Both the position numbers and the translations under genes were made by a program. From positions 224,626,001-224,690,000 of the forward strand of contig OZ024743.1 of NCBI GenBank assembly GCA_964016885.1: DNA of 64,000 bases, read 5' to 3'. Source of the DNA: Eledone cirrhosa (taxonomy: Eukaryota). Below, piece by piece: positions 45,040-58,353 of the stretch (within the stretch, counting starts at the first letter, position 1; every line of letters starts with the position of its first letter). The notes below the pieces were generated by a model. The model saw nothing but the letters and a program-made list of their open reading frames with translations, was not told the origin of the DNA and did not search any database.

Positions 45040-48000
45040 TCACATGGAAGTGGATATAACACTCATTTATTCACAAGTGCGTTAAAGCTCACTGTGTTAG
45101 GCATATAGAAAATCACAAAGCATAATTATCCAATTCAGGCGATAAACCAAAGGCTTGAAGAAGTTCAAACCATTTAGTCATTTCTGTAATCATTTTGATT
45201 TATTGAAATGCAATTGTAGTCATCTATAACAATTTGCCAATTAATCAATTAATTATATCTACAAATATGGTCATTACATTTCACAAACCTCCTCAGGAAA
45301 TTAACTTCTAGACTTGAGTTATAATTGTCCCGTTACTGAGTAAGGGAGCGATGATAAGCAAGGTAGAGAGATAAAAAGTTACACCAAGTTTTAAATAGCA
45401 TAGGTGATAAAGGTACAAAATGTAGCTGAGAAAAACATTAATATCAAGCATTATAGTACTGTGATATTAAGCAGTATAGAAGTAAAAGTTGTTCAGGAAT
45501 TTGTCCACATGCTGCTGCAAAGACTGTTCTTGTGTTCAGTACAACTAGAAAGTACTTACAAAATGTCAACCTTTAAAGGGCACGTTCATTTGAATGTATA
45601 ACGTGTTGATCAAATATCGGATAGCAGCAGAGCCGGATTTCATGGGGGCAATTGCCCAGGGTCCCCTGTAGTGGGGAGCCCCACCAGCAACGGCCGTAGA
45701 AATTTATTTGAGCTCTCAGCTGGGCTTTTAGTTTTAGGATGATTAGAAGTTTTTGATTTAATATCTTTCAATTCCAATTAGTTGCGCCAAGCTAACTTTG
45801 ATATGTAAAATTGGGGCATTTGCTGTGTATTCTAATTTTTTGTGTATGAGGTTTTATTATGTGGTATCTGAAAAGACGTCCAAATCTTCAACATTCGGTG
45901 TTCAATCACAAACTCAGCTGATGCATGTTTTCAGATTGTAAGCTTGTTAGAGACTATATATAACAGTGTACATAAGAGCCTATAAAGGTTAATAATCTTA
46001 TCTGTATATTCTAGAGTGAAAAAGGCCCTGTGTGCCTCTAGTTATCGTTAAATGGATTCAGAGGATTTAATTCCAGTGTCAAAAGACTCAGTTACCAAAT
46101 ATTATAGAAACATGTTGCGTGTTAAGAATATAGGTAGGCTGAATTGACGATGTAAAGATCCTAAAATAATTACTAATTAATATATTAAGTAGGGTCATAT
46201 TTATATTGTCTCGTGTTAGTGTATAAACAAATATATGAAATAATTTCCCTCCTTATACAAAGAAACAGAGAGCCGCGCGTTTTACAATATTAAGCAATAG
46301 AACTGTAAAGCTATTAGATGGCTATTCACTATCGCAATTATTTCCATTTATTTTTTAGTCTTATATGGCATAAACAAATTTTAGGTGTAGAAATAGAGAA
46401 TGTGTGACGTTTGTGCCTTTATAAAGGTATTAGAAATGCTAGTAAAGTGAAATACCTTCAAGCGAGAATCGAAACCTACTCGCAGACACAGTTTGCTGAA
46501 TATCAGATCAGAAATTCTCATGAAGCGTAATGTATGTATGGTCCCGTAACTGTTGATAGAGTCGTAGGGGCGACGTATTGACATACGGCGTTTCTTGGGC
46601 ATTTCAAGCCAGGCGGAGCCCATCCCTCTCCAGGCCAGAGTACAACAGATTTCCTCCAGAAAAAGAGAGAAAGAGAGAGTGGAAATGAGAAAGAGATGTA
46701 GAGGAAGAATCGACCCCAGTACTAGACTGGTACTTTTTTTTATCAACCTCGAAAGGATGAATGGCAAAGTTGACCTCGGCGGGATTTGAACTCCAAGAGC
46801 AGAAAGCCGGAACGAATACCATTAAGCATTCTATCTGACGTTCTAATGACTCTGCCAATTCGTCACCTATGAAGTGTAATAGACTCGCCCTAGTCACTTT
46901 GAGAGTTATAACTATCATGAGAACACTTTTGACTTCAACTAAACATTTTTAATTTTTTACCTTTTATTTATCTTGCCGGAATTGTAAATAACACATTACT
47001 TAAAATATTTGGGGTGGAAGTAGCTACTAACATTGTAACTAAACTAATATGTCGATAGTGATTTATATTTTACATTAACTTTGAAGACTATTTTTCTACA
47101 GAATTTAAAATTACTAACGCTAAAAAATATTCTTGTTTAGTACTTATTAAATAAATTCTAATATCTAATTTTATCGGAACTATTATTTGTAATTAAAATC
47201 CGTGCGTGAAAATGCGGTTGAAATATGGATTGAAGAAGATATTTGTGCATATTTTATCTTCAAATACTTTCAAAGGTTAGTAATAATGTTTCTGGTTCCA
47301 CATTTCTTTGTTAAACATTCAGCGAAATTGATGGATAATTTAAGTTTCGTTTGTCTATTTGTACTTCTCCAGCTTGGTAATAATTTAGAATGCTGAAAAT
47401 AGCCATGTCAGTAAAGAGGCGCACTAAATACATGTCAGTATTTACTGCCGTCTTAGCAATCTCAGCTTCCATCTTCCCGGGTTCGATAAAATAAATACTA
47501 ATTATATTCGTACTTATCTGTCGACGATCTATCTCTTATAAAATTATATTTGTGTGATGCAGGAGACACTGATGTCTATGGAATTTCGATTTCTAGTTAT
47601 CACAATTTCCTTTTTACTTCCGAAGCTAATGATTTTAAGATATTTTTCCAACCACACATCCTTGCATCTAAGAAATTAATATATTCAGTCTTAATTTTGT
47701 CCGAAAATATTAAATATATCAAAGCTACAAATTGAAGGTTTTAGTAACAGATGTGATACGTTCAACACATGTATTTTTCTTCTTTTAAGGTATTGAAATA
47801 GTACAAACTTATGTATAGAAAGGGTGCAGACTTGTCAACTCTCCTCTCGACGGGGAGATCTCCCATCCACTTTGAGGTGGGTGAGAGATGTCTTCTCTTG
47901 TGAAAATAGGTATATCTTTCATTATGTAAAATCTCCCCATTTTTGCCTCATTTCTCCCCGTTTGGATTTTTAGAAGTTGGCAGGTCTGTAGGTATGAAAA

Positions 48001-49391
48001 CGTGTAAGTATGAGGTTGTATCTGTGACGAGAAAAATAATCAACCGGAAACTTTACAAATTTATTGGTATGCATACAATCATTAAAAAAAACTGTATTAA
48101 AATGTTATAATACTTTAACTAGAAACCTATGTTTTGAATTTGATTACTTCTTACTTTGCATCTTGCTAAGAATGTGGGTTATACTTTGTTTGGGAAAACC
48201 TACAGATGTTAGCTTGCTCTTCTACTGCAGCAATTCTTAGTTGCCTTGTAATATTGTTGATACGATTATCATCCACTTAACAAATTCTCAGTTAAATTCA
48301 ATGCCGCAAAAAGTATTAAGTGGTAGAAAACGATAAAGTAATTATGAATTCGATATCTTTCAATATCTACATAATATTTATAATGTTCCAAAATGATAAA
48401 CTATTAAATTTTGATATCAAAGTAGTATTCAATTGTATATGAAGTTTAATTGCTTGGAATCAAAATGAGTTTCGTAGTCTGAGAACATAATATTGTAAAT
48501 ATCGGAATTGATAGTGATTCAAAGTATAAATACCTTCTGTAACATTCTCTGCCTGCGATTCTGGTTTATGTTTTTAGTGTTAGAAAATGTATCATGTAAT
48601 GTTTCTTGCGTTGAGTTACGAATAATTTAAGCATTGTTTCAAAGATCCTGATGTTCGTAAGAAAATAGATAAACTGATTCAGTCCACGTAATTTCAACCT
48701 TAGCATTTTAACACGCATACACACACACACACACACACGCATACACACACACACGCATACACACACACACGCATACACACACACACACGCATACACACAC
48801 ACACACGCATACACACGCATACACACACACACGGATACACACACACACGGATACGCACATACATGTACACGCACACACACACATATATACACACACACAT
48901 ATACACACATATACACACACACATACATTCCATTAACCATCCATTATGTTTATGAAGTCCATGCATCGTATCTTGGGGACATACACCCCGGTGGAGCCCA
49001 GCCACCTCCGGGTGGGTGTGTGTGTGTGCATGCGTGTATGTATGTATATACATGTATGTTTGTGTGTGTCTACATCTATCTGTTTATTCACTAACTTAGC
49101 AGTTCGACAAAATGTGAACTGTAAAATACATGAGACCTTAAAAATCAGTTGTTGGGGGTCTATATAATCGACTAAATTAAAAGGGTGACCCCAGCTTGGC
49201 CACAGTCTGACTGAATCCAATAAAATAATAAAGCAATACATGTCTGCCTCGGGTGACACTTTTATGGGGGTGGCATTTTGGGGTCTGCTATAGGCTATAA
49301 ACATTCTATTAATGTTGCTGCATAATATTTCAATTTTACACAGACTAGTTTATATATATATATAAACTAGTCTGTGTAATATATATATATA

Positions 49392-50136
49392 TCTGTATAT
49401 ATATATAAAGACGAAGTTTTCTGTATGTGTGTGTATATGGGTGTGGACAATTTTTAATGAGAGCTCATATATTCTAAACCATTCATGCGATTTCTTTGAA
49501 ATTTTTTACAGAGCTTCTCTTTGCACAAAACCTGTACATGATCTACAAAGGCTTTCAAAAATCGATATTGGGGCCTTTGGAGACATTAAAAAAGTTTCGG
49601 TTATTTGTGTCAATTTTCGTGATTAAGTAAGACGAGAGTGATCTTTCGTAATTCGGCTCATTCGGATTTTAATTTACTCTTTGTACTTGAAACAAAAGGT
49701 ACGCTTCCTTGAGACTAACAATATCATTTTGTATATTACACAACCAGCAATTTCTAACAGATTACTAAGTTAAGTTATAGATTTGACATTGTATAATTTA
49801 TCGTTTCAAGCTTGATGTTCATACATTAAGTGATGTCATAACTTTTACAATATTATGCTTTGTACATAATAGTGTCTATTATTCACTTCACTTCTCTATT
49901 TCATGATGCGCTTTTACTGTTGTCAAAAAAATGTATACCTAGATTGGATTTCTGTTGTTACATGGTATAACGGATGACACTGAGGTTACATATTAATTAT
50001 TTCGCTGGAATAGTGCCTAAGGTTTTCATTTACATAAAGTACATTTTTCTTTAATCTATTCAAATTTACTTTGTTTGGTTTAATGAGCTACATCGAAAGC
50101 TACTTGAACCGTCCAAAGGACGGGTAGTTTAGCTAG
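49392..50136 (+). mobile_element. Non-autonomous Helitron
   Basis: a|TCtgtatatatatataaag ... ccgtcc aaa ggacgg hairpin ... CTAG|t. Confidence 0.75.
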
Positions 50137-50605
50137 TATATATATATATCATCATCATCGTTTAACGTCCATCTTCCACGTTAGCATTGGTTTGGACGGG
50201 AATTTTCCCACTTGAGGCAAGATTGGTTGTCTTGCTCGTATAGGACTGTCTGGCGGGTATTCTACGGCTGGATGCCCTTCCTAACACCAACCACGTTTAC
50301 AGTGTGGACTGAGAGGTTTTTACCGTGTTACCTACACGGCCACATTACAACGTGGACTGTGTGTTTTTTTTTGTCGTGACACCTACACGACCTCATTTAT
50401 TTAGGACTGGATATATATATATATATACATACATAACTTTAAGAGTGAGTCACTGAGCAATATGTATTTTTGAGGATGCCTAGGGACGGCAAACTGAAGG
50501 GCTGGCCCCGGGCAGCACACACTCTAGCTACGTCACTGGATGTAAGAATACCTTTGTTAAAGGGATTCTTTCTATCGAAAAAAAAAACATTTTTACTCTT
50601 TACAG

Positions 50606-50787
50606 ATTTAAATTTGGGGTCCGTCCTAAAAGAACTGCGACAATTGGAAGATAAACGACTTAGTGTGCAGTGTGATACTTACGAACAAGATAAACGCCAC
50701 GATGAAGCCATTCTATCACTGATTAACAACACAAATAAAGGAGACATCAGTCGCCATCAAAGCATGTTCTTGTCAATATGTCAGAAT
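50606..50787 (+). CDS. INF2: INF2-like exon 4 (FH3)
   Basis: tttacag|...aat|gtaagt, 182 nt, phase 1 to 0. DLNLGSVLKELRQLEDKRLSVQCDTYEQDKRHDE...DISRHQSMFLSICQN. Confidence 0.9.
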
Positions 50788-51831
50788 GTAAGTAATTTCT
50801 TTATAAAGACTATAACTATTTCATACTCACGATTTCTACCATTTGAATTGTTTCTTCTTTTTATTAGATACAACCTCAGACCTGCCAACCTCTAAAAACC
50901 AATGAAAAATGGTTCCCCAAAAGGGGAGAAATGAGGCAAACTGGGGAGATTTTACATAATGAAAGCTATACCCATTTTCACAAGAGACGACATCTCGCAC
51001 CAACCTCAAAGTGGGTGGGAGATCTCCTCGTCGGACGGGGAGAGTTGACAGGTCTGCAACTTCGTCGAATCTGAATTGTGATCAGATGAAATATTCGAGC
51101 TGGAATCGATTTTCGATTCTGTTTGTTTGCAAATTTATCTTGCAAAAGAGAACGTTGTATATGAGATAATCTCATTAGATAAGTCAGTAGAATCTATAAT
51201 GTTATACGAACTGAGTAATAAATCCACCTTGGATTACAATTCGTACAGATTATTTCGAACGAAGATTTCTCTTTGAAGCATTTTTAATACGACTGTTAAT
51301 TATTCATATTTCACAACTTCAAAGTAGATATTTGCTTTTGGCAATAATAAATAAGGATTAACAAATTATTCTGAAGCTTTCATAGTCTGGCTCTTGTAAT
51401 TTGCCTTGTAACTAACATTTTACGATTTCTATAGGAAAGTCATTGAAAAAGAAAGCAATTTCTTTTTCTTTTATTAATTTACTAAACCCACTCTTAAATA
51501 CAGTCATGATTGGATTTGTGTGTTTTAAAAGTTATCTCAGGATATTTCCGTTTCATATTTTTCCTTTCCAGCCCTTCATTCCCTAGAAACGGACCCACTG
51601 TCAGATTAAGACTTAAAAAGCCCTAAACGCTAGGTATCCCATGTACTGTATATGAAAAAAAAAAAAATTGACATACTGTACTGAAAAAAAAAACTGTACG
51701 GGAGTCCCCTTTACTTGAGTCCCCAAGAACGTGCTTAATGGTTATTCCAGAGTTGATCAAACCCTTTTTCCGACTATGGTTGTAACTATCAGGGGATGTT
51801 GTTCATGTATTTGACCTTTTCTTCTTGACAG

Positions 51832-52041
51832 TTTCATTCAATCATGAAAAATAATGGTGGCACGGTCGCGTGTTACAACTGGATAGAGCGGTTGGCTCAC
51901 CGCTATCCTATCCAGGTGTCATTCGAACACATGCCACCTCAAACATCGGAAATGAAGGGAATGAACTCTCTAGAAAGTTTTCAGTGTGATTTTGACGGAG
52001 GTGATACCAATGAGCAAATAGTATTGATCCAGATGCTGAGG
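51832..52041 (+). CDS. Candidate alternative (cassette or alternative-first) INF2 exon
   Basis: Polypyrimidine tract ccttttcttcttgacag| and donor agg|gtatgt. 210 nt, stop-free, phase 0-0 inside a phase-0 intron, with an internal ATG at 51844. Confidence 0.5.
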
Positions 52042-53959
52042 GTATGTTCGTGTGGTGCTTGGTTCAAACCCTTTGCATGTAATGGGCTTATTTTACTTGG
52101 TGTGCATTATGTGCGAGCAGCATATTATACGTGTGTGTGTATATGCATATTTATACTGTATATGTATGCGTATATATGCGTATGCATGTATATCTATATA
52201 ATGATGTATATCTATATATGCATACGTATGTATATGTAGACGTATACCTATATACGTATGCATTTATTACCCATAAGTATCACTTGGAATAATCACGATT
52301 TGTTCATATGAACGTGTGCACCACCTATCTCTTTGACCTCATGCTTCTTACATTTTCCCTGGTAACTTAATATAACTTCTCAGTAAGCCCGGGCTAACTT
52401 TGACTGCTTGTGCTTTTACTACAGTTGTATACGTGTTAAATATTATATTTCCAGTACGTTTTTTTTGTGACTGCGCGCTTCAAGTACAATACAGTAATAT
52501 TGTTTCTACTTTTGGCACAAGGCCAGCAATTATCCCAGTGTATTACTGGTACTTTATTTTATCGACCCCGTAAGGATGAAAGGCAAAGTTAACCTTGGTG
52601 GGATTTGAACTCAGTCCCTAAAGGGACGTAACTGTGCTGCAAAGCATGGCGTCCGACCCTCTACCGATCCTGTCAACCCAGTAATATTGATTTTTAGTTT
52701 AGGCACAAGCCAGCAATTTTGTGGAGAAAGCCAAACTTAATTAAATCAACTCCAGCACTATTGAAATGTACAGCGTAACTTAGACATTTAAAACCTAACA
52801 GAGCTTATCCCTCTCCAGTTCTGAACACAACCTATTTCTTCTTCTTCGAGAGAGGAAGAATCAACTCCATATTGGACTAATACTTTATTGCATCGATCCC
52901 GAAATGATGAAAGTCAAAGTTGATTTGGGCAAGATTTGAACTCAGCTTAATGATAGACCTATCCTTAAATCCGAAATGTTGGTATATATCCAAGGAAACA
53001 GATCTTTTGTGCACCAAAGGAAGTAATTTAGAAATATGAATTATATTGTCTTGTCGCTGAAAATGTGATTTGGCTTATCAAAGCTTCTTTGAATTAATGT
53101 CAGAAAATCTGTTATATGCGTTTAACAGATGGTAGACTCAAGGTCACCCATAGATGCTTTGAACCCGACTCCGGCATCAATGTACTCATCAGACATGATG
53201 ATTCAACAAACATACTCTGGTTTTGTCAAGTCATCAAGACTTATGAGCAGATCGATGCTGTAATCTGGTTCATAGCTTCCATAGGGGACCTTGAGACAAT
53301 CACCTCTGAAATGTACATAACAGGTCGAAAATCAGTAAAACATGTAAACGAAACTTCATCATTTTTTCTTTATATAAACGCTCTTGAAGTGTGTGTGACT
53401 GTGAGCATCATCATCATTGTTTTAATGCTCACTTGCCCTGCTATCAAGCGTTGGATGGATCCACACAGGAAAGTCAGTACTGAAGCAGAGCCACTGATCA
53501 ACCCTTTGTCTGGCATGCTTTCTACTGGTGGATGCCCTTCCTATCACCAACCACTTTACATTGTGTACCAGGAGCGTTTATCATGTAGATCACAAAACAC
53601 TAGGGACGCTATCATTTAAAATATTGAATCTTTACCACACTACTGCCATTTTCCTTCACAATATTTCATATTCATTTTGATACAAAACTGAATATACAGT
53701 AAAATTAAATTATTAGCTATTTTCACTAATTTCCTCATTAAGCCTACCACATAGGGTGTTTAAGTGAGAGTTTACTTTTGAAATAAAAACTGCACAGCAT
53801 AATATCCCTGTTTGCTAGCTGCCACACAAAACTAACCTGAACTCACATTTGCTTCTTCAAGTGCACAGAATGAGAAAAATAAAACTGCACCTACTTTATA
53901 TTTAACATCACTAAGCTTTTGTTTCCATATATCTTTCTTTTTTTTTTGTGTTGTTCCAG

Positions 53960-54039
53960 GTTCTGGGTACCCCACATGCTGAATCTTTTCTCAGCATTCT
54001 GAAGTCTCTCCAGCAAATTGACCCTGAGAATGAAATCAG
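53960..54039 (+). CDS. INF2: INF2-like exon 5
   Basis: ttccag|...cag|gtaagc, 80 nt, phase 0 to 2. VLGTPHAESFLSILKSLQQIDPENEI. Confidence 0.9.
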
Positions 54040-54547
54040 GTAAGCTGCTTGTAATTCAAACTGTCTTTATGCCTAACATCAAAGATTCTATTTGTGTGTT
54101 AGCTATTGTTTGTTGTTAATCTCCCTCCTTCTTTGACTTATTTCTGAGAGAGTCATGGGGGCAGAGTCCTGAAACACTCCTTCCAGCAGGTCCTGTCAGA
54201 AGTAACTATCTCCAACTGATCCGGCTGGATCCTCAAGCATGACCAGCCAAGCTCATGGATGTTATCCAACCATCTTGCTCGGGGTCTAGCCTGGGTCTCT
54301 TGCTGGTTGGTTGTGCTCATAAAATCTGTCCAGCGAGTCTTTCCTAAGACATTCTAACCACATGTTCATCGTATTGGTGCTGTGATCTCTCAATTCAGAG
54401 AAGTAGCAGCTCTACCTGGAGTGACTCTCTGATATCCAAGCTACGCACTTAACCTCCCAATAAGTAAAATGTTTGAATGGATAAAGATTTTGAGTATCAA
54501 CTTAGGATTCATGAATTTAAACTTGCTACAGATGTTTTGTATCTTTC

Positions 54548-54812
54548 ATCATCACCGTTTTACGTCCGTTCTTCCACGCTAGCATGGGTTAGACAGGTTG
54601 TCCTGTTGTGGGCAGTGTCCGGTCGGCTGACCTTGTCTTGCTCATACGGGAATTGATTCTGGCTTGATTTCTACAGCTGGATGCCCTTCCTAACACCAAC
54701 CTCATTTACAGTGAGTGCTGGGTGCTTTTTTTCCCTGGCGCCTACACGTCCACTTTACAGTGTGGGCTGGGTGCTTTTTTGCCATGGCACCTCCACGACC
54801 ACTTTGCAGTGG
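54548..54812 (-). mobile_element. (GAT)n-tailed SINE/RTE-tail repeat; copies at about 50148-50400, 53407-53590, 60432-60697, 62975-63285
   Basis: Shared catcatc..gtttaacgtcc..ttccacgctagcatgggtt...ctggatgcccttcctaacaccaacc. 54548-54810 and 60432-60697 are nearly identical. Confidence 0.85.
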
Positions 54813-54909
54813 GAGGGTGTGGGGGCATATTGTCTATAGGCTTCGGCTTGTACCCGTGGGGGGTCGGGTTTCTGTATTGCTGCGTGATGCCAGAGGTCAC
54901 GGTCATGTG

Positions 54910-57900
54910 TCATCGCCTTTGAGAGGTGTAATTAAGGTCGGCTTTTATCACCTCATCCCAGGTCTTCTTGGGTCTCCCCACTCCGCGGTCTCCATCGACT
55001 TCTAGTGCTCTGCACCTTTTTATGCAGCTATCATCCTTCATACGCATCACATGTCCATACCAATGCAACCACCTCTCCTGTACACATTTGATTCCTCTTA
55101 TGCTCAGTCTCTCTCTCAATTCATTTATGCTTTACCGTTTGCGTATATTACTATTACACATCCATCGGAGCATGCAGGCTTCGTTTCTTTCTAATCTATG
55201 CAAGTCAGCGCCCAGGTCTCACTACCATGTAACATTGCTGTTCGTATACACACATCATAGACTGCCTTTCATTTTAAGGGAAAAGCCTTTTGCAGCTAGC
55301 AGTGGTAGTAGCTCCCTAAACTTCTTCCATCCTGTTCTTACCCTAGTTATTGTACTTTCCGAACACCCACCTCCCCTGCTAATTCGGTCACCTAGGTAGC
55401 AGAAGCTGTCTACTGTTTCTACAGAGCCCTCCCAGAGTTTGGTGGTACTTGTTTCCTGTGGCTGTTTGCTGCTTGCTGTCCCAGCACAGCTGCTGCATGT
55501 GAAGCCTACATTCTTAGTTAAGCTTCCTGAGATCCCGCTACATCTCTTGTGTACCCATTGTTTGCATTTGGGGCAGAGAATGGAGTTCCTACCTACACCT
55601 TTCCTACATACTGAGCAAGGCCATTTCCCTGAAGGGATCTGGGTTCTGTTTTCTTGTCTACTTACAAGGGCTTTAGTCTTTGTCAGGTTGACTTTGAGAC
55701 CCTTTGTTTCTAGTCTCTGCTTCCAAATTTTGGAATTTCTTCTCTAGTTCTACCATAGATTCAGCTATAAGTGCGAGGTCATCTGCATACAGGAGTTCCC
55801 ATGGGCATCCGGTCTTAAACTCCTCCGTTATTGCCTGCTGGACTATGATGAACAGGAGAGGACTAAGAACAGAGCCCTGGTGGACACCGACCTGTATGCT
55901 AAATTCCTCATATACTCATTGCTAATCCTAACTTTGCTGACTGCTCCCCTATACATGACTTGTACAGCTTTCACAAGCCATTCATCTACTCCTAGTTTTC
56001 TAAGAGCCCACCAGATTATAGCATGGGAAACTGTGTCAAAGGTTTTCTCGAGATCGACGAATGCCAGGTAGAGTGGCTTACTTTTAGCTAGGTACTTTTC
56101 CTGTAACTGCCTCACAAGGAAGAGGGCATCAGTTGTGCCTCTTCCTGGCACAAACCCAAATTGCATCTCATCTAGTTTCACCCGGTCCCTAAACAACTGT
56201 GCTATAACTCTTTCTGTTACTTTCATGACCTGGTCCATCAGCCTTATACCTCTATAGTTTCCTCTATCTAGTGCATCACCTTTACCTTTGTAGCAGTTGA
56301 CAATGATGCTACTGCACCAATCCTTTGGTATGACACCTAGTATTACCTGGTTAACAATACATGTAGTTATGGTGTGACCTACCGACCCAGATGCCTTCAG
56401 CATCTCGGCAGCTATACCCGATGGACCAGTTGCCTTCCCCATCTTCATATCTTTGATTGCCTTACTTACTACACTGCTGTTGACTTGTACTGCTGGCCCC
56501 TCTATAGGGTCTACTTGGGGTAGGGTCTCTTCTTCCCATGCATTCTCCTCATTTAGTAATCTATCATAATGGCTCTTCCACGCATCTTTCTTCTCAGCAC
56601 TTGTGAGGGCAAGCTCACCTTTATCGTTCCGGATACAATTCTCTCCAATGACATCACAATTCTCTCTGACACATTGCCTCGCAATCTTGAACACCTCCTG
56701 TTTCTGGTCCTCACGTTGCAAAACATGCTTGAAATTTCTATCCTCTGCTTCCCTCCTAGCTAAGTATACTTGTCGCCTAGCTTCCCTCCTGGTCTCTATG
56801 TAATGTACCCTGCTTTCCCCGTTCTTCCATTCTTTCCATGCCTGTCTCTTGGCCTTAACTGCCTCATCTACCTTATTGTTCCACCACCAAGTTACTCTCC
56901 TCCTGCCTCTGGTCTTACTCCAGCCACAGATCTCATTCGTCGCTTCTAGTAAGTTATTTTTTAGGAACTCCCAGTGCTCTTCTACATTGAATGTCTCTAT
57001 CTGTTCTTCTTTACTGTCATAGGCGTTGAGTAAAATATCTTTAAATCTGTTACTGGATGAGGGGGTCTTTCAGCTAGCTTCCAGATCTTTCTTCTCCAGG
57101 TTGGCTTCTGTTTCCAGGTTCCTCTAGTTCTGACCGTGAGGTCGCTGACAACTAAGCTATGTTGGGAGGTACATTCCTCACTAGGGAAGGCTTTTGTGTT
57201 TACGACCATCCATCTGTCACATCTTCTGATGAGGATAAAATCTATCTGACTAGAATGCTCCCCTGATCTATAGATGATTAGGTGGTTGTTGGGTTTTTTG
57301 AAGTTTGTGTTACATGTCATTGGCGTCGCAGAATTCTAGAAGCCTGAATCCTTCTTCATTTCTTGTGTCAACCCCATGGCCTCCATGGACTCTATAGAAG
57401 CCGTCACGGTGTTTACCTACGTGTCCGTTAAAATCTCCTGCAATGATTAGGAAGTCATTGTTGTTTGTTAGAGTAGTAGTGCGCATTAGGGACTCGTAAA
57501 ACCTATCCTTAAGTTCGTCTTGGGGTGCGTAAGCTGATATTATTGTGGTAATTGTTTTATTCAGGACTAGCCTGAGTTTAATGATTCTTGCATTCACCCT
57601 GTTCACTGAGATTACCTTATCTACCCACTTGTCAGCTAGTAGGATACCTACACCACCCATCCCATCGTCATTTCCCACCCAGAAAAATTTGTAGCACTGA
57701 CTTTTTCCTACAAGGACTCTAGCAGACTCTCCTGCACACAGCATACATCAATTTCCTTTTGCTCTAGCATCTCTACGATTTCTCCTGTTCTTCCTTTCAT
57801 TGTGCTTACATTGATGGTACCAACTCGGAGTTTTGGGCATTTGTCAACATTCGTGGGAAAGGGTCGATTTTTGCAGGGGTGTATGTATGCTTCCTGTCTC

Positions 57901-57960
57901 TGAATTGAAACTTCACATGGATGCTTGGTAGCTCGCAGATTCATATTCATTTTCATTTAT
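54910..57960 (-). mobile_element. Near-full-length degenerate RTE-clade LINE (APE + RT)
   Basis: Fragments LRVGTINV, ISAYAPQ, AGDFNGHVG, SQIDFIL, YKGKGDALDRGNYRGI, QFGFVPGRGTTDA, AFVDLEK, WYGHVMRM...GRPKKTW. Multiple frameshifts. Confidence 0.92.
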
Positions 57961-58353
57961 TAATTAGGGGTTGCTTTATCTGATGTAATTTCACCTGTGA
58001 TTAAACTGTTGCCTGGACAAGATAGAACTTCTGGGAAAGATAGCTGTGATAGGATGACATCCTATCAATGAAACATTCTCTCATTCCATTAACACAGTAG
58101 AAATTGGAAATCAGTAGTCACCTCATATTTGTTAATGGATTGACATAGATTTCTCTTTAAGAAACAAGTTATAATATTTAAATTGTTTGAATGACAAGCA
58201 TGCTATATAATATAATGCTTACCTTACAATCCATACTGCATAAATATAATACCTAACTCAGATGTACCTTGGGTGTATTTAAGAAAATTGTCTACCTCTT
58301 ACATGTCTCTTTAGTTTGTCTCTATAACAAAATATTTGTTTCATTTTCTTCAG

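Noticed and set aside
53116-53619. 167-aa plus-strand ORF
   Set aside because: It runs into a (GAT)n-tailed repeat, with no recognisable domain or convincing splice sites linking it to INF2.
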